DNA of 64,000 nucleotides from Bacillota bacterium (lineage in GTDB: Bacteria; Bacillota; Clostridia; Acetivibrionales; DTU013): positions 20,376 to 84,375 of the forward strand of contig JAEYRB010000007.1 of the NCBI GenBank assembly GCA_023409735.1, written 5' to 3'. Position numbers and translations under genes: made by a program. The notes beneath the pieces were generated by a model. It had not been told where the DNA came from. It worked only from the letters and a program-made list of their open reading frames with translations, and did no database searches. The stretch's first letter is position 1. Each line of letters begins with the position of its first letter. Shown piece after piece: positions 34,788-46,451 of the stretch.

Positions 34788-36380
34788 TTACTTAATAGTT
34801 GCATACTTGAAGTACTTAAATCCAAGCGGTGAAGACCAGAACCCGTCGATCTTTGTATTTTGCAGGTAGAGATCAACATAATAGTAGATTGGGCAGAGCA
34901 TGTTCTCATCAAAGATAATGTCCTCAGCTTCATGCATGAGTTTGAAACGTTCTTCCTTATCAGAGGAGGACTTAATTTTCTTTATGAGCTCGTCATACTG
35001 AGCGTTGCTCCACTGAGCATCGTTATTTCCGCCGCCTGTAACCCACATATCAAGCATGGATATTGGATCGTTATAGTCACTGAGCCAACCATTACGTGCT
35101 ATATAGTAATCTCCATTCTTACGTGTGTTAAGGAATGTACTCCATTCCTGAGAAACAAGAGATACATTAACACCTATCTTCTTCCACATATCCTGAAGAG
35201 CTTCACCGATTGCTTGGTTGCCTGTTCCTTCATTATAGAGATATTCTATATTCGGGAAGCCTTCTCCATTAGGATATCCTGCTTCAGCAAGCAGTGCCTT
35301 TGCTTTTTCAAGATTTCCTGTGTAATCCATCGGATCATAGTAATCTCCGCCAACCTCACGGAATTCCTTTGAAGCATCAGCATCACTGAGTCCTGTTGAT
35401 ACAAATGCGCCTGCAGGTTCTTGTCCGGATTTACCTATGTTCTTGCAGATGTAATCACGGTCTACAGCAAGAATAAGGGCTTGACGAACCTTCGGGTTAT
35501 CCAGTGGAGCCTTCTTTACATTGAATGAAACATAGTATGTTCCCAGCTGACCTTGCAGATGGAAGTCTTCCTTGTCTCTCCATGCATCAATTTCATCATT
35601 TGGCATCTGGTCAGCAAACAGAATTTCATTGTTTTTGTATGCACTCAGAATAGCATTGTCATCTTCCATGAGCACAAATTTGATTTTCTTGGTTCCGAGA
35701 TTTTTAAAATCCCAGTAATTTTCATTCTTTTCATAAAGTATGTGTGATCCCGGTACCCACTCTGTTACCTTGTATGGTCCGTTTCCAATGTAGGTTTCAG
35801 CTGAAACTGCCCAAGCATCACCATTTGCTTCGATTATATCCTGACGTACAGGCATATATGCAGGGAATGCAGTAAGTTCAAGGAAGTATGGTGTAGGAGT
35901 GTTCAAAGTAACAACAAGTGTCTTGTCGTCTTGTGCTACAACGTTCAAATTTTGATCAGCATAGCCCTCGATTACATCAAACATGTACTCGTAATCTGCT
36001 GCTGTTTCAGGATTAATGGCACGATTCCACGCATAAACAAAGTCACTTGCCTTCAGGTCTGTACCATCGCTCCATTTTAAGCCGTCGCGAAGATGGAATG
36101 TGTATACCCTTTCATCTTCACTCAGATCATAGGATTCAGCTTGACCAGGTACTGGAGCTCCACTCTTGTCCAAGGTCATAAGTCCTTCAAAAGCGTGCAG
36201 GATTAATGTACCTCCGTCTACAGCTGAGTTAAGTGCAGGGTCTATTGTGTCAGGATCCGGACCCACGCACACGTTCAACACGTTTTTGTCAATGCCGCCG
36301 CAACCTGTCAGAAGCATTGTACTTAACAATACTACTGTTAGCAAAATTGATACTACCTTTTTCATTTTACTCCTCCTCAT
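34788..36380 (-). CDS. Peptide ABC transporter substrate-binding lipoprotein (Opp/Dpp family 5 SBP)
   Basis: Lipobox LLTGCGG. Family-5 SBP motifs (DPA...., GLMTLD, GPYKV.EW). Confidence 0.85.
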   Translation of the reverse strand: MRRSKMKKVVSILLTVVLLSTMLLTGCGGIDKNVLNVCVGPDPDTIDPALNSAVDGGTLILHAFEGLMTLDKSGAPVPGQAESYDLSEDERVYTFHLRDGLKWSDGTDLKASDFVYAWNRAINPETAADYEYMFDVIEGYADQNLNVVAQDDKTLVVTLNTPTPYFLELTAFPAYMPVRQDIIEANGDAWAVSAETYIGNGPYKVTEWVPGSHILYEKNENYWDFKNLGTKKIKFVLMEDDNAILSAYKNNEILFADQMPNDEIDAWRDKEDFHLQGQLGTYYVSFNVKKAPLDNPKVRQALILAVDRDYICKNIGKSGQEPAGAFVSTGLSDADASKEFREVGGDYYDPMDYTGNLEKAKALLAEAGYPNGEGFPNIEYLYNEGTGNQAIGEALQDMWKKIGVNVSLVSQEWSTFLNTRKNGDYYIARNGWLSDYNDPISMLDMWVTGGGNNDAQWSNAQYDELIKKIKSSSDKEERFKLMHEAEDIIFDENMLCPIYYYVDLYLQNTKIDGFWSSPLGFKYFKYATIK

Positions 36381-36500
36381 AAAAATATTAGGATATATTT
36401 ATCATGCTCTTGTTCAACACTGGTTTATTCTGTTATGCCAAACAGAGCAAATGATTCCATATTGCCCTAGCGGTACTTAATGCACAAAAGGTGCTAGGGC

Positions 36501-37469
36501 TTAATTTACCTTGTCTATATTATGACATGCCGCAAAATGTCCAGGGGATACTTCCTTCATCTCAGGCTCCTGCTGGGCACAAAGCTCTGTTGCATACTTG
36601 CACCTTGTCCGGAAACGGCACCCTGTGGGTGGATTAAGCGGACTTGGCACATCACCCTCCAACACGATACGTTTGGAATTTCTGCTTGCTACCGGGTCTG
36701 CTATCGGAATTGCTGAAATAAGTGATTTTGTATACGGATGGACATTATGGAATGTCAATTCGTAGCTATCTGCCAGTTCTACAAGCTTTCCAAGATACAT
36801 TACGCCTATTCGGTTACTTATATGCTTAACAACACTGAGGTCATGGGCAATGAATAAGTATGTTAAGCCCATTTGCTGCTGTAATTCCTCAAACATATTT
36901 ATTACCTGAGCTTGAATTGAAACATCAAGAGCAGATATTGGCTCATCGCAAACAATGAATTCAGGATCAACGGAAAGTGCTCTGGCTATGCCTATGCGCT
37001 GACGCTGGCCTCCTGAGAATTCATGAGGGTAACGGTTTGCATGCTCGCTGTTTAGCCCAACACGTTCAAGCATGCTGATTATCTTTTCCTTACGCTCCTT
37101 TTTATTAGCGGCAAGCTTGTGAATATCAATAGCTTCGCCTACAATATCTCCGACTGTCATACGAGGATCAAGGCTGGCATAAGGATCCTGAAATACTATC
37201 TGCATTTTTCTGCGATAAGGTAACATATTAACCTTAGTAATGTCCTTACCGTCATATATGATCTGTCCGCTTGTAGGCTCATATAGCCTTATAAGCGTAC
37301 GTCCGGTAGTTGTCTTGCCACAACCGCTTTCACCAACAAGTCCAAGTGTTTCACCTTTATCTATAGTAAAGCTTACATCATCAACAGCCTTAACATATTG
37401 AGGATGCAGCATGCTGCCACCTACATTGAAATACTGCTTTAAATTTTTTGCTTCAACTAATGTACTCAT
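36501..37469 (-). CDS. Peptide ABC transporter ATP-binding protein (OppF/DppF-like)
   Basis: Walker [10 protein letters not shown], signature FSGGQRQR, Walker B FIVCDEP and the C-terminal oligopeptide TOBE-like extension. Confidence 0.85.
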   Translation of the reverse strand: MSTLVEAKNLKQYFNVGGSMLHPQYVKAVDDVSFTIDKGETLGLVGESGCGKTTTGRTLIRLYEPTSGQIIYDGKDITKVNMLPYRRKMQIVFQDPYASLDPRMTVGDIVGEAIDIHKLAANKKERKEKIISMLERVGLNSEHANRYPHEFSGGQRQRIGIARALSVDPEFIVCDEPISALDVSIQAQVINMFEELQQQMGLTYLFIAHDLSVVKHISNRIGVMYLGKLVELADSYELTFHNVHPYTKSLISAIPIADPVASRNSKRIVLEGDVPSPLNPPTGCRFRTRCKYATELCAQQEPEMKEVSPGHFAACHNIDKVN

Positions 37470-38470
37470 AGCTGCCCTCCCCTTTCGTGCTCAAATGCTT
37501 CCTTTTGTAAAAGCCAGCATGCACTGAAATGATCCTCACAAATGTCAGTGTATTCAGGCATTTTTTTAAGGCATATCTTCATACAGCTATCACAACGAGG
37601 TGCAAACGGACAGCCTGCAGGAGGATTCAGCATATCAACCGGAGTTCCTTCTATTGGAACAAGCTTAGTATGTTCCTTCTGATTCAGCTTCGGAATACTG
37701 CGAAGCAGACCTTTTGTGTATTCATGCTTGGGGTTATAGAAAATCTCATCAACAGTACCATACTCAACTATCTTACCGCCATACATAACCGCTATCTTCT
37801 GGCACATGTTAGCCACGATCCCCAAATCGTGAGTGATCATAATTATGGACATGCCTATCTTGTCCTTAAGCTCTATCATCAGCTCTAGTATCTGAGCCTG
37901 TATTGTAACGTCAAGTGCTGTTGTAGGCTCATCGGCAATCAGAAGCTTAGGTTCACAGGCCAGTGCAATTGCTATCATTACTCTTTGCCGCATACCACCG
38001 GATAATTCATGAGGATATTGCTTAAGCCTTCTTTCAGGTTCATTTATTCCTACAAGTGATAAAAGCTCAATAGCTCTTTCCTGAGCCTGCTTCTTATTCT
38101 TATTAGTATGAAGCAGTATAACCTCTCTTATCTGGTTACCTATTGTATAAACAGGATTAAGGCTTGTCATTGGGTCCTGAAATATTATACTGACTTCATT
38201 TCCACGAATCTTACGCATCTCATCCTCGGTCATCTCGTTTATCCTGTGACCGTTAAAATCGATCGTACCGCCTATAATACGCCCTGGATATGCAGTCAAT
38301 CCCATTACCGAATAAGCAGTAACACTTTTACCGCTTCCGCTTTCTCCTACTATTCCGAGGACATCTCCCGGCTTCATGCTTATAGAAACATCGTTAAGCG
38401 CTTTTACCTCGCCGGCAGGTGTAAAGAAGGAGAGGCGTTCATTTTTAATATCTAGTAATAATTCACTCAT
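37466..38470 (-). CDS. Peptide ABC transporter ATP-binding protein (OppD/DppD-like)
   Basis: Walker A GESGSGKS, signature LSGGMRQR and Walker B LLIADEPTTALD. 4-nt overlap with the next gene. Confidence 0.85.
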   Translation of the reverse strand: MSELLLDIKNERLSFFTPAGEVKALNDVSISMKPGDVLGIVGESGSGKSVTAYSVMGLTAYPGRIIGGTIDFNGHRINEMTEDEMRKIRGNEVSIIFQDPMTSLNPVYTIGNQIREVILLHTNKNKKQAQERAIELLSLVGINEPERRLKQYPHELSGGMRQRVMIAIALACEPKLLIADEPTTALDVTIQAQILELMIELKDKIGMSIIMITHDLGIVANMCQKIAVMYGGKIVEYGTVDEIFYNPKHEYTKGLLRSIPKLNQKEHTKLVPIEGTPVDMLNPPAGCPFAPRCDSCMKICLKKMPEYTDICEDHFSACWLLQKEAFEHERGGQL

Positions 38471-38482
38471 AACATCTCACCT

Positions 38483-39529
38483 CTAGTTCTTTAATTTGGG
38501 ATCAAAAGCATCCCTTAAGCCATCGCCAATAAGATTAAATGACAGAATAATCAAGCTTATCATAATAGCAGGTGCCAGCAGTCGGTACGGATAGGAGGTT
38601 ATGCCGCCTATCGCCTGGGATGCCATGGAGCCAAGACTTGGCATTGGTGCAGCTACTCCTATTCCAATAAAGCTCAGAAAGCTCTCCGTAAATATCGAGG
38701 CAGGTATCTGCAGTGTTGTTGTAACTATCAGCGTTCCCATACAGTTTGTAAGCAAGTGCTTTCTTATAATACGGCCGCTACTTGCTCCAAGAGCCCTTGC
38801 AGCTGTAACGTACTCCTGCTCTTTAAGGCTAAGTATCTGGCTTCTGACTATACGTGCCATACCTACCCAGTAAAGTAGAGCAAATACTATAAAGATACAT
38901 ATAAGGCCGACACCAACAGTATTTATCCAACCGAATCCCTTAACATTATTGGCTAGATCCTGAAGCGGATACTTAAGAGTAACCATCAGTAGAATGATGA
39001 TCAGAATGTCCGGTACTGTATAGATAACATCAACAAGACGCATCATGATCATATCAGTCTTTCCACCAAAATACCCTGCTATAGCGCCGTAAATTGAACC
39101 TATGAGAAGTATCAGAACACTTGCTATAATACCTACCAGCAGTGAAACTCTGCTGCCTATCATAAGTCGTACCATCGTGTCTCGCCCAAGTGAATCAGTG
39201 CCTAAAAAATGAGGAAAAACGCTTGTTCCTTCAGCCTTTAAGGCCAATTCAGTTTCGGAATACTTCATCGGTGCCAGGTTTTCACTCCCACGTATCTGTT
39301 GCTCATATGAATAGGGATAAAAGGATGGCAGTATGAACGCAAATATTAATGTGAGTATAATTACAACAAGACTCACCATAGCTATTTTATTTTTTTTCAG
39401 CCTGCGAATTCCGTCCCTCCAGAAGTTTACGCTCTCGCGCATAACAACCAGACTTTGTTTCTCTTCCTTCTCTGCAGGCAAAAAATCAGATACATTAAGT
39501 TGAAAGCTTAAATGCTTTTTATCATTCAT
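38483..39529 (-). CDS. Peptide ABC transporter permease (OppC/DppC-like)
   Basis: BPD-transporter EAA-type loop (YVTAARALGASSGRIIRKHLLTN), about 6 TM helices and an N-terminal OppC extension. Confidence 0.85.
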   Translation of the reverse strand: MNDKKHLSFQLNVSDFLPAEKEEKQSLVVMRESVNFWRDGIRRLKKNKIAMVSLVVIILTLIFAFILPSFYPYSYEQQIRGSENLAPMKYSETELALKAEGTSVFPHFLGTDSLGRDTMVRLMIGSRVSLLVGIIASVLILLIGSIYGAIAGYFGGKTDMIMMRLVDVIYTVPDILIIILLMVTLKYPLQDLANNVKGFGWINTVGVGLICIFIVFALLYWVGMARIVRSQILSLKEQEYVTAARALGASSGRIIRKHLLTNCMGTLIVTTTLQIPASIFTESFLSFIGIGVAAPMPSLGSMASQAIGGITSYPYRLLAPAIMISLIILSFNLIGDGLRDAFDPKLKN

Positions 39530-39545
39530 TGCTCACTATCTCTCC

Positions 39546-40463
39546 CTATCTAAGTTTAATTCGTGGGTCAACAAGCTTGTATACAATATCAACCAGTAAA
39601 TTCATTGCTATAATAAGTGCAGCAAGGAAAATAGTGGTACCCATAATCATTGTGTAATCACGATTTACAATCGAACTTATAAACTCGCTGCCAAGTCCCG
39701 GTATTGTAAATATCTTCTCAACAACAAAGCTTCCTGTTAGTGTATATGCAAGTAAAGGACCAAGATATGTGACAACAGGCAAAATAGCATTACGCAGTGC
39801 ATGTTTGAACAACATTTTAAAGCTTGAAAGACCTTTTGCCTTTGCAGTGCGCATGTAATCCTGTCCGAGAACCTCCAGCATGCTTGAGCGCATAAGTCTG
39901 GATATGTAAGCCGTAGGATAAAATGACAGTGCCATAACAGGCATGATGTAATGAAGAGGAGATGTCAATCCATATGTCGGAAGCAAGCCCAGCTTTACAC
40001 TAAAAATCAGCATTAGAACAGTAGATACAACAAAGCCCGGCACAGCAATTCCACAGGTTGAAATTACAATAATCAGATTGTCGACAAATTTCCCCCTGTT
40101 TAAAGCTGCAATACTGCCTAATGGTACACCGATAATAACTGCAAGCAGAATTGATATCCCTCCGATACGGGCTGAAACCTTGAATCCGGTTTTTACTATC
40201 TGATTTACCGTACGGCCTCTCTGTTTAATTGAAACTCCCATATCACCTTGAACAAATTTAACCATATAATTCTTATATTGAACTATTTTAGGTTGATCTA
40301 GTCCGTATTTTTGATTTAGGGCTTTTAAAGTTGCTTCAGAAGGAGCCTTCTCAGCAAGAAATGGTCCACCCGGAACCAGAAACATCAAGCCGAAGGTTAA
40401 TGTTGCAACAATCCAAAGAGTAACTATAGAAATCAGTACCCTCTTTATAATGTACTTCCCCAT
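39546..40463 (-). CDS. Peptide ABC transporter permease (OppB/DppB-like)
   Basis: MGKYIIKRVL... canonical N-terminus and the EAA loop DYMRTAKAKGLS. AGAGGAG RBS before the ATG at 40463 (Met20 of the track ORF). Confidence 0.85.
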   Translation of the reverse strand: MGKYIIKRVLISIVTLWIVATLTFGLMFLVPGGPFLAEKAPSEATLKALNQKYGLDQPKIVQYKNYMVKFVQGDMGVSIKQRGRTVNQIVKTGFKVSARIGGISILLAVIIGVPLGSIAALNRGKFVDNLIIVISTCGIAVPGFVVSTVLMLIFSVKLGLLPTYGLTSPLHYIMPVMALSFYPTAYISRLMRSSMLEVLGQDYMRTAKAKGLSSFKMLFKHALRNAILPVVTYLGPLLAYTLTGSFVVEKIFTIPGLGSEFISSIVNRDYTMIMGTTIFLAALIIAMNLLVDIVYKLVDPRIKLR

Positions 40464-41147
40464 GAAGAATTCTCCTCTTTCGATATAAAGTAATAATTTC
40501 CGCGTAATATTATATAACATAATACAACTTTAACATCTATTCTTCAAGTAGCAATATTTACTTACATAGATTCTTGAAGCGCCGATACTACCTTTATTCA
40601 AGCATATTATTACATACTGTTGCATAATTATAAGAGGAGCTTCTCCTAAACATTATGCAATATTTTGTTCCGTTATGTATACATTATATGTTTTCATACA
40701 TAAAATTTATTACCAATTTAGTATAATAAATCTAATTTAAATGTACGATTTGTGCATTTTTGACATAAATGAGAATGCAATTAGAATGGCTGACCGACGT
40801 GTATTGAATTTATATTTATTCAGTATATATGTATATAACTAATTTGTAAATATATCTTAAAAAATACTCCGAAACTTCAAATTACTCATAAAAATAAATG
40901 TAGGTTTTCATTTAATCGGCTGCTATATCCATTGTTGTCTTCCACTTTGTGTACTATTTAGTTCGTTAAGGGTCTCAATTACATCAATTATGAGGCCCAA
41001 TATGGATTTCAGTCCACATTTCTTTAGTTTAATGTGATTTTTCATACCATCCGGCAATTTATTTTAATGCAGGTTTGCTTCAACAGGTTATTCAATCCAA
41101 TATGGAGCTCATTCTAGGGTTATTTAAGCCAATACAGGTTTTGCATC

Positions 41148-42227
41148 TTACATGCCTCTTATTTCCTCACAAATCAGCCTTCCCATTTCGTCAGTTCCAA
41201 CGGTTTTTTCTCCTGGCAGTGCAAGATCAGCCGTACGATATCCCCTTCCAAGCACTTTACTCACAGCTTCCTCAATACACTTTCCGGCTTTTTCCTGCAC
41301 CAGCGAATATTTCAACAGCATAGCCACAGATAGGATCGCAGCAATTGGATTTGCTTTATTCTGACCGGCAATATCCGGTGCTGAGCCATGTACTGGTTCA
41401 TAAAGTCCGCGCTGTCCACTTCCGAGACTTGCAGATGGCAGCATGCCAATAGATCCTGTGATCATTGACGCTTCATCCGAAAGAATGTCCCCAAACATAT
41501 TCGAAGTAACAATTACATCAAACTGACCTGGGTTCCTTACAAGCTGCATTGCTGCATTGTCAACATACAAATGGTTCAGGGTGACCTGAGGGTATTGCCT
41601 TGATACTCCGATAACTACCTCTCTCCATAAGCGCGAGCTTTCAAGAATATTAGCCTTATCAACCGACGTAACAAGTTTACGACGCTTCAAAGCAGTTTCG
41701 AAAGCAAGCCTTGCTATTCTCTCCACTTCAGCTATGCTGTACTTTTCTGTGTCATATGCGGTTTCATCAGGCGTGCCCTGTCCGCTTCTGCCTCTTTCAC
41801 CAAAATATATTCCTCCCGTCAACTCACGCACGACCAATATATCAATGCCATTGATTATTTCCGGTTTAAGAGGAGATGCCTGTTTAAGCGCATCATATAT
41901 TACTGCAGGTCTTAGGTTAGCAAAAAGCCCTAATCCGGATCTTATACCCAAAAGCCCTGCTTCCGGAGTTTTGTTTCCCGGCAAGCCCTCCCATTTAGGG
42001 CCACCTACTGCACCAAGAAGTACAGCATCACTCTCTCTGCATGTTTTCAGCGTTGACTCCGGCAGCGGTACTCCATACTTATCTATAGCGCAGCCTCCCA
42101 TAAGCTCCTCTTGAAGCTCAAGCTGAAAAGCGAATTTTTCTCCTGCCGTCTTCAGCGCCAATATAGCTTGATCGACCACCTCAGGGCCGATTCCATCACC
42201 TTTCAGTACTGTTATTTTATATTTCAT
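41148..42227 (-). CDS. leuB: 3-isopropylmalate dehydrogenase
   Basis: [12 protein letters not shown]-terminus, and the NLFGDILSD-type motif ([26 protein letters not shown]). Confidence 0.9.
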   Translation of the reverse strand: MKYKITVLKGDGIGPEVVDQAILALKTAGEKFAFQLELQEELMGGCAIDKYGVPLPESTLKTCRESDAVLLGAVGGPKWEGLPGNKTPEAGLLGIRSGLGLFANLRPAVIYDALKQASPLKPEIINGIDILVVRELTGGIYFGERGRSGQGTPDETAYDTEKYSIAEVERIARLAFETALKRRKLVTSVDKANILESSRLWREVVIGVSRQYPQVTLNHLYVDNAAMQLVRNPGQFDVIVTSNMFGDILSDEASMITGSIGMLPSASLGSGQRGLYEPVHGSAPDIAGQNKANPIAAILSVAMLLKYSLVQEKAGKCIEEAVSKVLGRGYRTADLALPGEKTVGTDEMGRLICEEIRGM

Positions 42228-42575
42228 ACAAATCCTCCTAAAACGATAGATAACTCATAAGATGGCTTTTGACAGCTTCTGATGAATTCTGACATGATAC
42301 ATTTGCTATGCATCCTCCACTTTATCACCGCAATGAAATATTACCGTTTGAATGACTTCAAATCATCATAACACTTCAGTTCATACATAAATTTCGGTTG
42401 CAGGATTCTTACCGCTGCGAGTTAAAAAGATTGGAGATATGCCTTTGTATATATTGTTAAGGTCAGCAACTTACTCTGCATTATTAATACCTGATACTGA
42501 TTAGGTACTTCAGCACTAATCGCAATCATTAATATACTCAAAGCTGTATTATATGCCTAAGTAAAGCGTAAAAAC

Positions 42576-43076
42576 TTATTCCTGCTTTGCTATGTTCTGC
42601 TTGATATATCCTATAAGTCCATCAGCACTTATAATCTGCTGCATGAATTCAGGAAAAGCAGCTCCCTGATATTCACATCCGGTCGTCAGATTGGTTACCA
42701 TTCCGTTATCAAAATCAACCTCCAGGTTATCGCCCTCAGAAATGGCTCTTACTGCAGCCGGACATTCAATTATTGGAAGCCCAATATTTATTGCATTGCG
42801 ATAAAAGATCCTGGCATAGGTCTCTGCAATTATACAGGATATTCCCGATGCCTTTATAGCTATAGGAGCATGTTCTCTTGATGATCCGCAGCCGAAGTTG
42901 CTGCCCGCAACAATTATGTCACCCTTTTGGACTCTGTGGGCAAAGCTGCCGTCCAGGTCCTCCATGCAATGTAATGCCAGTTCAGATGGCTCAGATGTGT
43001 TAAGATATCTTGCAGGAATGATTACATCCGTGTCAACATTGTCTCCATATTTTATAACCTTACCATTTACTTTCAT
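42576..43076 (-). CDS. leuD: 3-isopropylmalate dehydratase small subunit
   Basis: [25 protein letters not shown] and [23 protein letters not shown] before the ATG at 43076 (Met28 of the track ORF). Confidence 0.9.
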   Translation of the reverse strand: MKVNGKVIKYGDNVDTDVIIPARYLNTSEPSELALHCMEDLDGSFAHRVQKGDIIVAGSNFGCGSSREHAPIAIKASGISCIIAETYARIFYRNAINIGLPIIECPAAVRAISEGDNLEVDFDNGMVTNLTTGCEYQGAAFPEFMQQIISADGLIGYIKQNIAKQE

Positions 43077-43265
43077 TTGACAGCCTCCCTTATTAACAAA
43101 GGTATAATTGGGGATCGCAGTACTTACCTGCATTTGTTGTAGCAATATTTGCTGCAACTGTGCTCTTTACTCTGTTTTTCTGTTATACAAATATTTATTC
43201 ATCTTGCTTATACTTTTTACTTCCATACTTTTTACTTTGATTTCTTTTTGTCTTCAGGCTTTCAC

Positions 43266-44540
43266 TTACAGCTCATCAGGAGATGCTATTCTGCCTGCAA
43301 CAGCGGAAGCTGCCGCAATGGCCGGACTAGCCAGGTATACTTCGCTTTCGGGGTGTCCCATTCTTCCAATAAAGTTCCTGTTTGTAGTAGCAACGGCCCT
43401 TTCGCCCTTGGCAAGGATACCCATGTGTCCACCAAGACATGGCCCACAGGTTGGTGTACTTACTGCTGCGCCTGCTTCTATAAATATGTCGAAGAGACCT
43501 TCCTCCATTGACTGCTTCCAGATCTTTTGAGTAGCAGGTATTATGATGCATCTTACATTAGGATGTACGCTCCTGCCTTTTAAAATCTGAGCTGCCATCC
43601 TCATGTCCTCCATTCTTCCATTGGTACATGAGCCTATTACAACCTGATCTATCTTTATATCACCTACATTATCTATTGTCCTTGCCTTATCCGGCAGAGG
43701 AGGGAATGCAACAGTCGGCTTTACTCCAGCTAGATCCACCTCATACTCACAGCAATATTCCGCATCCTCATCAGGGGTATATATCTTGTACTCTCGTAAG
43801 GAGTGCTCCTTAACATATTGTATTGTCTTTTCATCCACTTCAAATATACCGTTTTTTGCACCGGCCTCAATAGCCATGTTTGCCATGGAAAAACGGTCAT
43901 CCATGGAAAGCTGTGAAAGCCCTTCCCCGGTAAACTCCATAGACTTATATAAAGCACCGTCTACGCCAATCTTTCCGATTATGTGCAGTATTACATCCTT
44001 GCCACTTACCCACCTTCCGGGCTTGCCTTTAAGCACGAATCGTATAGCCTCCGGTACCTTAAACCACGCTTCACCGGTAGCCATACCTGCGGCCATATCG
44101 GTGCTGCCTACACCTGTTGAGAATGCTCCCAGAGCACCATAGGTGCAGGTATGAGAATCTGCACCGATAACTGCATCTCCCGGTACTACAAGTCCCTTTT
44201 CCGGAAGCAGCGCGTGCTCAACGCCCATACGCCCGATCTCGAAGTAATTAACTATCCCCATTTTATGAGCAAATTCTCTGATCATCTTAGCTTGTTCAGC
44301 TGACTTTATGTCTTTATTAGGTGTGAAATGATCCGGAACGATTGCAATCTTATTTCTATCAAAGACTTTATCGGCTCCAATTTTGTAGAACTCCTTCACA
44401 GCCACAGGAGCAGTAATGTCATTGCCCAATACCATGTCAAGCTTTGCCTTAATAAGCTGGCCAGCCTCAACTTTTTCAATTCCTGCATGAGCTGCAAGGA
44501 TCTTTTGTGTCATAGTCATACCCGGTTTTTTATAAGCCAT
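43266..44540 (-). CDS. leuC: 3-isopropylmalate dehydratase large subunit
   Basis: Aconitase-family motifs ([28 protein letters not shown]). Confidence 0.9.
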   Translation of the reverse strand: MAYKKPGMTMTQKILAAHAGIEKVEAGQLIKAKLDMVLGNDITAPVAVKEFYKIGADKVFDRNKIAIVPDHFTPNKDIKSAEQAKMIREFAHKMGIVNYFEIGRMGVEHALLPEKGLVVPGDAVIGADSHTCTYGALGAFSTGVGSTDMAAGMATGEAWFKVPEAIRFVLKGKPGRWVSGKDVILHIIGKIGVDGALYKSMEFTGEGLSQLSMDDRFSMANMAIEAGAKNGIFEVDEKTIQYVKEHSLREYKIYTPDEDAEYCCEYEVDLAGVKPTVAFPPLPDKARTIDNVGDIKIDQVVIGSCTNGRMEDMRMAAQILKGRSVHPNVRCIIIPATQKIWKQSMEEGLFDIFIEAGAAVSTPTCGPCLGGHMGILAKGERAVATTNRNFIGRMGHPESEVYLASPAIAAASAVAGRIASPDEL

Positions 44541-44741
44541 ATATGCCGCCTCCCTATTATAGAGATTATACTGTTAGGCAAAAACGGATTCTTCCCGTTA
44601 ATTATTGTTATGATCAATTAATATTAACGTTTATTGTTACAGTTAAAACGGCTTTATTCATAACTAATTTTTATCATTTGTAGAAAAGATTAATTAAATC
44701 GGAAGAGTTTCAACAATCATAGAATGAATTTTTAGTTTGCT

Positions 44742-44798
44742 GAAAAGCTGATTACATCAGCGGAGTTTAACGGGGCAGGGAATATCCCCTGCCCCGTT
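44742..44798 (-). terminator. Tandem hairpins downstream of the AraC-family gene
   Basis: AACGGGGCAGGG-aatatc-CCCTGCCCCGTT (12-bp GC-rich stem, 44769-44798). It is followed on the minus strand by GCTGAT-gta-ATCAGC plus TTTT (44742-44761). Confidence 0.6.
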
Positions 44799-44804
44799 AC
44801 TCTT

Positions 44805-45725
44805 TTAATACTTTGCGGCTGTCTTTTTTCTATATTGAAGCGGTGTAAGCTTTACATATTTTTTAAACATTTCATTGAAACGCTGCTGATTTGAAAAGCC
44901 CACACTTAGAGCTATATCGCTTATTTTGAGTCCCGTATCGGTCAAAAGCTCCTTAGCCCTCTCAATACGTACTTTTAGTAAGTAGCTTATTGGGCTCATG
45001 CCTGTTTCTTCCTTAAATGCCCTTGTAAAATAGCTTGGGCTAAGAAAAACGAATCTTGAGATATCACCTAATGAAATATCCCTTTCAAAGTTTGTGTGAA
45101 TAAAGTTTATTGAAATATTTATAAGTTCTTTTAATTTGGGGCTTTTAGTCTTTATGCTGTTTTCCCATTCCATTTTAAGGGCGCGCGACAACAGTACAAA
45201 TAACTCCATTACAAGCAGATAATTGAGAAATTCGCTTCCCGGCTCATCACTTTCCCGTTCCTTGAGAATCCTGTTCATGAGAACAACTATCTCATTCTTG
45301 GGACTGACCTTTAGGGTAATATAAGGACCTGTTTCCTTACTACTGACAAAGTTTAAGAAATCCTCCAAAGGAATCTCAGAGTATTTCCCGTTTATCCTAT
45401 TTTCAAATTTAAAATTGAGAACAATAAATTCACAGCCTCCCTCGGATTTAACGATAAACTTATGGTACTGAAGAGGCTTGATGATTATTATGTCGTTAGG
45501 ACCAAGCGATACCGGCTGCCCGGATATTTCAAACACCGCAAGACCCCTTTTCATATAAACCAGTTCATAATTTTCATGTATGTTGGGTTCCATAGACCAT
45601 GTAATATCCTGGACCCTTTCGATTGTCTTTACTATGACAGGCAGAAAATCTGATGAATTCAAAAGGCCTGCCCAAGCCTTGGGCAGCAAATCTCCCACAA
45701 AACCACCTCGGCTTTCTTTCTCCAT
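44805..45725 (-). CDS. AraC family transcriptional regulator (cupin sensor plus double HTH)
   Basis: The N-terminal cupin-like region has HENYELVYM..G. The C-terminus reads ISLGDISRFVFLSPSYFTRAFKEETGMSPISYL...IALSVGFSNQQRFNEMFKKYVKLTPLQYRK. Confidence 0.8.
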   Translation of the reverse strand: MEKESRGGFVGDLLPKAWAGLLNSSDFLPVIVKTIERVQDITWSMEPNIHENYELVYMKRGLAVFEISGQPVSLGPNDIIIIKPLQYHKFIVKSEGGCEFIVLNFKFENRINGKYSEIPLEDFLNFVSSKETGPYITLKVSPKNEIVVLMNRILKERESDEPGSEFLNYLLVMELFVLLSRALKMEWENSIKTKSPKLKELINISINFIHTNFERDISLGDISRFVFLSPSYFTRAFKEETGMSPISYLLKVRIERAKELLTDTGLKISDIALSVGFSNQQRFNEMFKKYVKLTPLQYRKKTAAKY

Positions 45726-45919
45726 GTGTGTTTCGGCTTTACCGAAATCATCGCAAATTGCACTTCAAATCTCAATATGCTTCCCGCCTTGATTATACCC
45801 TAAAGAGAGGCATTTGTCACATAAATTATCAAGAATGAACAAAGGACCGGAGCTGGTATTATTATACCGGAACCGATCCCCTGAGACTGCTTATTAGCTG
45901 TCAGCTAAATGCGATTTCA

Positions 45920-46153
45920 CTATTCCATATCATCTAGATCGATCGTATCAAGCAGCTTTTTTAGTTCCTCTACTTCTCCCTTGTTAAGTGTCACACCCTT
46001 CCCCATTTTTTCATGAGTTTCGTCCCAATCCCTGATATCCAGTTTAGGTTTCCTGTCATTCCAGCTTACAAGGTTTACCTCTTTCTTCCACCCCTTTGTT
46101 CCTTCACCGATGATTCCAATAGATTTTGTTATTTCATACTTAAGCTCTGCCAT
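45920..46153 (-). CDS. YdbC-like / PC4 (p15 coactivator fold) single-stranded nucleic-acid-binding family protein
   Basis: GWKKEVNLVSWNDRKPKLDIRDWDETHEKMGKGVTL matches the bacterial YdbC/PC4-like pattern. GGAGG lies 7 nt before the ATG at 46153. Confidence 0.6.
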   Translation of the reverse strand: MAELKYEITKSIGIIGEGTKGWKKEVNLVSWNDRKPKLDIRDWDETHEKMGKGVTLNKGEVEELKKLLDTIDLDDME

Positions 46154-46451
46154 ACACAATCCTCCAATTCAGGTTTTATTTTAATTTAGCTAAAAATTTT
46201 ACCTTTTTAATCAACCTTACCCGATTGAACTGCTTATTTGATTTTAGTTACTTCTCAATAAATGGTTAATGAACTGTCTAAGTCATAACCGTTTAAGTTT
46301 TAAATATTGCTACATTAGATATTGGATCAACAGTAGTCGTAGTTTATTTCGCATGTTCTCCTTCAACAGGTTCTTTAGGAATGTTTTATGATTTTATATT
46401 AAGTTCTCAATTTATGCAATAATGCTTCACTTACATAGGTTATGCTGTTTA

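Noticed and set aside
42228-42575. 348-bp gap between leuD and leuB that might hide a gene remnant or small ORF
   Set aside because: It contains only 15-28-codon ORFs with badly spaced SDs and no similarity I can recognise. Nothing here is supportable.
44541-44741. Expected T-box or leader-peptide attenuator upstream of leuC
   Set aside because: I found no T-box core (AGGGTGGTACCGCG-like) and no Leu-rich leader ORF. There is only a small hairpin, AACGG-N7-CCGTTTTT (about 44583-44602 on the minus strand), and a TATAAT. This is insufficient to call a regulatory RNA.
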